DNA from: Candidatus Eiseniibacteriota bacterium
GTDB lineage: Bacteria; Eisenbacteria; RBG-16-71-46
Length of the DNA stretch: 64,000 nucleotides
NCBI GenBank assembly: GCA_963717505.1
Contig: OY970342.1
Location: 3,264,001 to 3,328,000, forward strand
Direction: 5' to 3'
A program made the translations under genes and the position numbers. Below are positions 59,936 through 64,000 of the stretch, one piece after another. Within the stretch, counting starts at the first letter, position 1, and each line of letters starts with the position of its first letter. A model generated the notes under the pieces. The model was not told the origin of the DNA. It saw nothing but the letters and a program-made list of their open reading frames with translations, and searched no databases.

Positions 59936-60700
59936 ATGAATCGACGACAGGCCCTCAGAAACCTCGCACTCGGATCCGCGGCGGTGGCGCTGGCCGGCGC
60001 CCAACGTGGGTTCGCCGACGCGCCCGCCACCCACGCAGCCGCCTCGAGTCCGCAAGCCGCGCCCGCGGCCCCGACCGCCGCGGGACCGTTCACGGTGCCA
60101 GCGCTCGGCTACGCCTTCGACGCGCTCGAGCCCCATCTCGACGCCCAGACCATGCAGATCCACCACGACAAACATCACGCGGCCTACGTCACCAACCTCA
60201 ACAAGGCGGTTGCCGGCCGCAAGGAAGTCGAGGGCTGGAGCGTCGAACGGCTGGTTCGTGAGCTGACCGCGGTTCCGGAGGACATTCGCCCGGCGGTGCG
60301 CAATCACGGCGGCGGACACTGGAACCACTCGCTGCTCTGGACTTCGCTCAAGAAGGATGGAGGCCGCGAGCCGGACGCGGATCTCGCCAAAGCGGTCGGC
60401 GCCGCGTTCGGTAGCTTCGAGACCTGCCGCGAACGTTTCCAGGCGGCCGCCCTCGGGGTGTTCGGCAGCGGTTGGGCGTGGCTGTCGACCGACGCGAAGG
60501 GCGTGGTCCAGATCGAGACATCGCCCAACCAGGATTCGCCGTTGAGCTCGGGGCGCGTGCCGCTGATCGGGGTCGACGTCTGGGAGCACGCGTACTACCT
60601 CAAGTTCCAGAATCGGCGCGCCGACTATCTCGCCGCATTCGCCAATGTCATCGACTGGAGCGTAGTTTCGTTGCGCTACCGACAGGCGATGCAGGGCTGA
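59936..60700 (+). CDS. sodA: Fe/Mn superoxide dismutase with Tat signal
   Basis: 'NRRQAL' twin-Arg; 'HHDKHH', 'NHGGGHWNH' and 'DVWEHAYY'. Confidence 0.9.
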   Translation: MNRRQALRNLALGSAAVALAGAQRGFADAPATHAAASSPQAAPAAPTAAGPFTVPALGYAFDALEPHLDAQTMQIHHDKHHAAYVTNLNKAVAGRKEVEGWSVERLVRELTAVPEDIRPAVRNHGGGHWNHSLLWTSLKKDGGREPDADLAKAVGAAFGSFETCRERFQAAALGVFGSGWAWLSTDAKGVVQIETSPNQDSPLSSGRVPLIGVDVWEHAYYLKFQNRRADYLAAFANVIDWSVVSLRYRQAMQG

Positions 60701-60712
60701 CGCGGAACGCTC

Positions 60713-62059
60713 CTGGCCGCGAACCACGAACCTCCGCCGGGGGACCTGCGACGGGTCCTCAGCCTGTGGGACGCGACCTGCGTCGTGGTCGGCGCGATCA
60801 TCGGCGTCGGCATCTTCTTCACCCCGAAGGACGTCGCTCAGGTCACCGGCAGCCCGGGTGGAGCGCTGACCGCGTGGATCCTGGGCGGCGTCATCGCATT
60901 GCTGGGCGCGTTCACCTTCGCCGAGCTGGGCCGGCTCCGCCCGGTGGCCGGCGGCCAGTATCACGTGCTGCGCGACGCCTACGGCAAGCCGGCGGCCTTC
61001 CTCTTCGTGTTCTGCAACCTGACGGCGGTGCAGGCGGGCGCGGTCGCGATCATCGCGATCCTGTGCGCGCAGAATCTGGGAGTGGCGCTGCACGGGGCCG
61101 ACCCGTCGGGACGCTGGGTGACGCTGGTGGCGGCAGTACTCACCTGGGCGCTGGTTGGCGTCAACGTCCTCGGCGTGCGCGCGGGCGCGCGGCTCCAGGA
61201 TTCGACCGTGATCCTCAAGCTCGTGACGCTCGGCGCACTGGTGGTTCTCGCGGCCGTGGTCGACCCGGGAACGCCGCGGCCGTCACCCGCGACGGCTGGG
61301 GTCGCGCCTCTGGGATTCTCCGCGCTGTTCGCCGGCGTCACGTTGACCCTGTTCGCCTACGGCGGCTGGCAGCAGGTGCTGTGGGTGGCGGGCGAGGTGG
61401 TCGACGCTCGCCAGGCCGTGCCACGGTCCATCGTGCTCGGCGTCGGCATCGTGGTGGTCGCCTATCTTGCCGCCAACTGGGCCTACCTCGACTTGCTCGG
61501 CTTTCTCGGCGTGCGCGAGTCGAACGCGCTGACCGCCGACGCGTTCTCGGTGTGGAATCCAGGGATCGGACGGCGGCTGGCGGCCGCTGGGGTCGCGCTC
61601 TCGGCGTTCGGAGTGCTCAACGCCCAGTTCCTGACCGGGCCTCGCCTGACCTGGGCCATGGCCCGCGAAGGCCAGTTCTTCGCTCCGTTCGCCCGCTTGA
61701 GCCCCCGGTTCTCGACGCCGGTCGCCGCGATCCTGCTGCTCGGCCTGCTCGCGACCGCACTGATGCTCGGCCTCGGCTTGAATCGCACGGACCTGCTGAC
61801 CACGGGCGTGGTCGTGGTCGATGCCGTGTTCTTCGCACTCACCGGGCTCGCCTTGCCCGTGCTCAGGCGGCGCACGGCCGCCGACCGACTCGGGGCCGGC
61901 TGGGTGTCGTGGGCCGCGATCGGGTTCGCAGCACTCGAGCTGATGGCGATCGCCGGTTCGTTGCTCCAACGGGACGTTCGCTGGGTGGCGCTCAGCGGGT
62001 TGGCGTGGATCGCCGTCGCGGCACTCGTCTGGTTCTTCTGGTTTCGCCGGAGCCGCTAG
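60713..62059 (+). CDS. APC-family amino acid permease (start uncertain)
   Basis: 'LRRVLSLWDA..VVGAIIGVGIF', 'FAEL...AGGQY' and 'FAYGGW'; the family-like N-terminus extends upstream of the called GTG at 60785. Confidence 0.85.
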   Translation: MAANHEPPPGDLRRVLSLWDATCVVVGAIIGVGIFFTPKDVAQVTGSPGGALTAWILGGVIALLGAFTFAELGRLRPVAGGQYHVLRDAYGKPAAFLFVFCNLTAVQAGAVAIIAILCAQNLGVALHGADPSGRWVTLVAAVLTWALVGVNVLGVRAGARLQDSTVILKLVTLGALVVLAAVVDPGTPRPSPATAGVAPLGFSALFAGVTLTLFAYGGWQQVLWVAGEVVDARQAVPRSIVLGVGIVVVAYLAANWAYLDLLGFLGVRESNALTADAFSVWNPGIGRRLAAAGVALSAFGVLNAQFLTGPRLTWAMAREGQFFAPFARLSPRFSTPVAAILLLGLLATALMLGLGLNRTDLLTTGVVVVDAVFFALTGLALPVLRRRTAADRLGAGWVSWAAIGFAALELMAIAGSLLQRDVRWVALSGLAWIAVAALVWFFWFRRSR

Positions 62060-62083
62060 GCGAGGCGTGATGCGGTAAGCCAA

Positions 62084-62110
62084 AGAGGGCCGGCCGCGGG
62101 CCGGCCCTCT
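62084..62110. terminator. Perfect hairpin between convergent genes
   Basis: AGAGGGCCGGCC-GCG-GGCCGGCCCTCT. Confidence 0.65.
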
Positions 62111-62129
62111 GGCGGTGCCAACGTGCCGA

Positions 62130-62900
62130 CTACGCCGTCAGCGATCTTCCCAGCGCGTCCAGTCGCTCGGTCCAGTAGACCTTCATGCGCGCAGCGGACT
62201 CCTTGTCGGGCAGCTTGCCGTGCTGGATCTGCGCCGTACTCTTGCCGTCGCCTTTCGCGATCAGCCAGACCTCGACCGAACTGCCGTCTTCCCACGTCAG
62301 GCGCACCGATTTGTTCGCGGTCGCTTTGCGTACCGCGAGCCGAACGCGCGGCAGCCATTTTGCCCGCCCGCGCGCTTCAGCGAACGCCTCGTACAACGCT
62401 CCGACCGGCACCGGGAAGGTCCGGCTCTTGCTGGCTTCGAACGCGCCGCCCCGTCGCTGGCCAACCTCGCGCAGGCCGCGGATGCGCTCGTAGCCGACCG
62501 TGACGGCCTGGGCCCACCACCCCGGGACACCGTAGGTTTCATGGACGTAGGTGGCGATCTTTCGATGGGGCCAGTCGTAGGCCTTGGCGTAGTCGAGCGA
62601 CTTGACCCACTTGCCCCACGCACATCCGGTCCTGGTCTTGAGCGTGGCATCGCTCACGCCCGCGACCTTGGCGTAGTCGGCAGGTGAAACGCGGGTGAGA
62701 TTCGCGGCGGGAGGGGCCTTCTTCGCGCCGGCGCCCCGAGTCGTCACGGGAACGGACTTTCGAGCGGCGCTGACCTTCGGCGTCGTGGAACGGGCGGATT
62801 TCGGGGCATTGAGGATTTGCGCGCGGGCGGCGGTGTAGGACTCGCCCGTCTTCTGAATGCGCCGGCGCACGAGGCGCTTGAAGTCTTTTTGGGTCGGCAT
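62130..62900 (-). CDS. Hypothetical protein: basic N-terminal peptide, DUF4287-like helical domain, SRPBCC/AHSA1-like C-terminus
   Basis: AAGGA RBS; 'LKTRTGCAWGKW...HGWWAQ'-type segment (here 'YGVPGWWAQAVTVGYE'); C-terminus 'SRTFPVP..LYEAF...IQH..L......K.YW...L'. Confidence 0.7.
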   Translation of the reverse strand: MPTQKDFKRLVRRRIQKTGESYTAARAQILNAPKSARSTTPKVSAARKSVPVTTRGAGAKKAPPAANLTRVSPADYAKVAGVSDATLKTRTGCAWGKWVKSLDYAKAYDWPHRKIATYVHETYGVPGWWAQAVTVGYERIRGLREVGQRRGGAFEASKSRTFPVPVGALYEAFAEARGRAKWLPRVRLAVRKATANKSVRLTWEDGSSVEVWLIAKGDGKSTAQIQHGKLPDKESAARMKVYWTERLDALGRSLTA

Positions 62901-63064
62901 TGATGGATCCTTCTGGTTGAGCCACGGCCGCGCGCCCCCCAGCGGCGACGCTCCGAGGCGTCACCAAAAGTCTCGCATGCCGATCCGGGAGTTTGCCTCC
63001 CTTTGCCTCACGAGGATCCCTGCTGGGGAGGGATCGATGAGGTTGGGCGTGGACGATCGCCGAG
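62901..63064 (-). ncRNA. Putative structured cis-regulatory leader RNA with pseudoknot
   Basis: Three hairpins, plus a 7-nt loop exactly complementary to a downstream segment, lie between a promoter and the RBS (see findings). Confidence 0.5.
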
Positions 63065-63069
63065 CCGCA

Positions 63070-63098
63070 ACTATGCTCCGGGGGACGCCGGGAAACAA
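63070..63098 (-). promoter_or_regulatory. Sigma-70-like promoter
   Basis: Minus strand: TTGTTT-17 nt-CATAGT. Confidence 0.5.
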
Positions 63099-63208
63099 GG
63101 GAAGATCGGGGGCAGGAAGCGGGTGCGCCGCCGGTGCTAACATCCGCCGGTCGACCCCAACCGCCAACCCAGACCCGGGCGCATCGCCCGCTTCATTCGA
63201 GGCCATCC

Positions 63209-63721
63209 ATGAGCACATCCATGAGCCCTCCCCGAACCATCTCGGAGTCGTTCCTGACCGAGCTCGATTCGGAGATGCCGACCACCCGCCGGCTGCTCGA
63301 GCGCGTCCCGAGCGACCGTGGATCGTGGAAGCCGCACCCGAAATCGTTCTCGCTCGGCCACCTGGCTCAACTGGTGGCACGGATGCCGGGCTGGCTGACC
63401 TTGACCATGAAGCAGACCCAGCTCGACCTGAGTGGCGCCCCCGCTTATTCGCTCGAGACCACGGAGACGCTGTTGTCCGAGTTCGACCGGTTGGTGAAGG
63501 AAGCCCGTGAAGTGCTCGCCGCCGCGAAGGACGAAGACTATGCGATTCCCTGGTCGCTGGCCGCGGGCGGCCATGTGCTGTTCACGCTGCCCAGACTTGC
63601 GGTGATGCGCCAGAACATCAACCATCTCATGCACCACCGCGGGCAGCTCACGGTCTACCTGCGATTGCTCGACGTGCCTTTGCCGTCGATCTACGGACCC
63701 ACGGCCGACGAGAAGTGGTAG
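63209..63721 (+). CDS. DinB/YfiT family protein
   Basis: 'WKPHPKS.SLG.LA.L' and 'NHLMHHRGQLTVYLRLLD.PLPSIYGP'. Confidence 0.88.
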   Translation: MSTSMSPPRTISESFLTELDSEMPTTRRLLERVPSDRGSWKPHPKSFSLGHLAQLVARMPGWLTLTMKQTQLDLSGAPAYSLETTETLLSEFDRLVKEAREVLAAAKDEDYAIPWSLAAGGHVLFTLPRLAVMRQNINHLMHHRGQLTVYLRLLDVPLPSIYGPTADEKW

Positions 63722-63725
63722 GGGT

Positions 63726-63754
63726 TTGCACGAAGCCTTCCCTGTTTCCATGAT
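63726..63754 (+). promoter_or_regulatory. Sigma-70-like promoter for the MoaD-like gene
   Basis: TTGCAC-17 nt-CATGAT, 17 nt upstream of ATG 63772. Confidence 0.5.
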
Positions 63755-63771
63755 CAGCAAATGAGCACTGC

Positions 63772-64000
63772 ATGAGCATCACAATCCACGTTCCGGGGGC
63801 GTTGCGCGACCGTTGCGGCGGCGCTTCCCAGCTCACCGTGTCCGCTCCGAGCGTGCGCGCCGCGCTCGACCAGCTGGAACTGAGTCACCCGTCCTTGTAT
63901 TTCGGCATCTGCGACGAAACCGGCGCGGTCCGTCGCCACATCAACGTTTTCGTCAACACATCCAACGTCAGGGACGGGGCCGGGCTCGAAACACCGCTGT
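63772..64000 (+). CDS. MoaD/ThiS ubiquitin-like protein (truncated by window end)
   Basis: Manual translation: MSITIHVPGALRDRCGG...VRRHINVFVN...GLETPL. Confidence 0.8.
   Translation, partial: MSITIHVPGALRDRCGGASQLTVSAPSVRAALDQLELSHPSLYFGICDETGAVRRHINVFVNTSNVRDGAGLETPL

Noticed and set aside
60698-60700. Selenocysteine UGA joining SOD and the permease
   Set aside because: SOD is complete at this codon, the position is not a catalytic Cys site, and I could not identify a convincing SECIS hairpin.

Overview
High-GC bacterial genomic window. Several secreted proteins end in a FlgD-Ig/T9SS-like C-terminal domain, which suggests an FCB-group lineage such as Ca. Eisenbacteria (inference only). 1-27 kb holds a Wzx/Wzy-type exopolysaccharide locus: flippase, SLBB export protein, Wzc kinase, Wzy/ligase, GT2, GT4, deacetylase, AsnB, two APH-like kinases and an NTase-TMK fusion. 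Embedded in it are a ~2830-aa repeat surface protein and an alginate-lyase-like gene. 27-39 kb holds secreted proteins (FN3, phytase, RlpA, Kelch, ankyrin) and an NtrY/NtrX-like pair. 39.7-45.2 kb is a GcvT-like + 2 FAD oxidoreductases + Rieske operon. The rest contains a VPS10/BNR protein, a PHP hydrolase, an ABC exporter divergent from a LytS/LytTR pair with a repeat operator, DUF5996, zf-UBP, TerC, a Tat-exported SOD, an APC permease, DinB and a MoaD-like gene. No rRNA, tRNA, CRISPR array or transposase was seen. Scattered single-base indels look like sequencing errors. Best leads: (1) an FN3 protein lacking its first beta-strand but carrying a spare one at its C-terminus, which the lyase also carries (possible donor-strand polymer); (2) a ~165-nt pseudoknotted leader RNA upstream of a protein with a basic N-terminal peptide.
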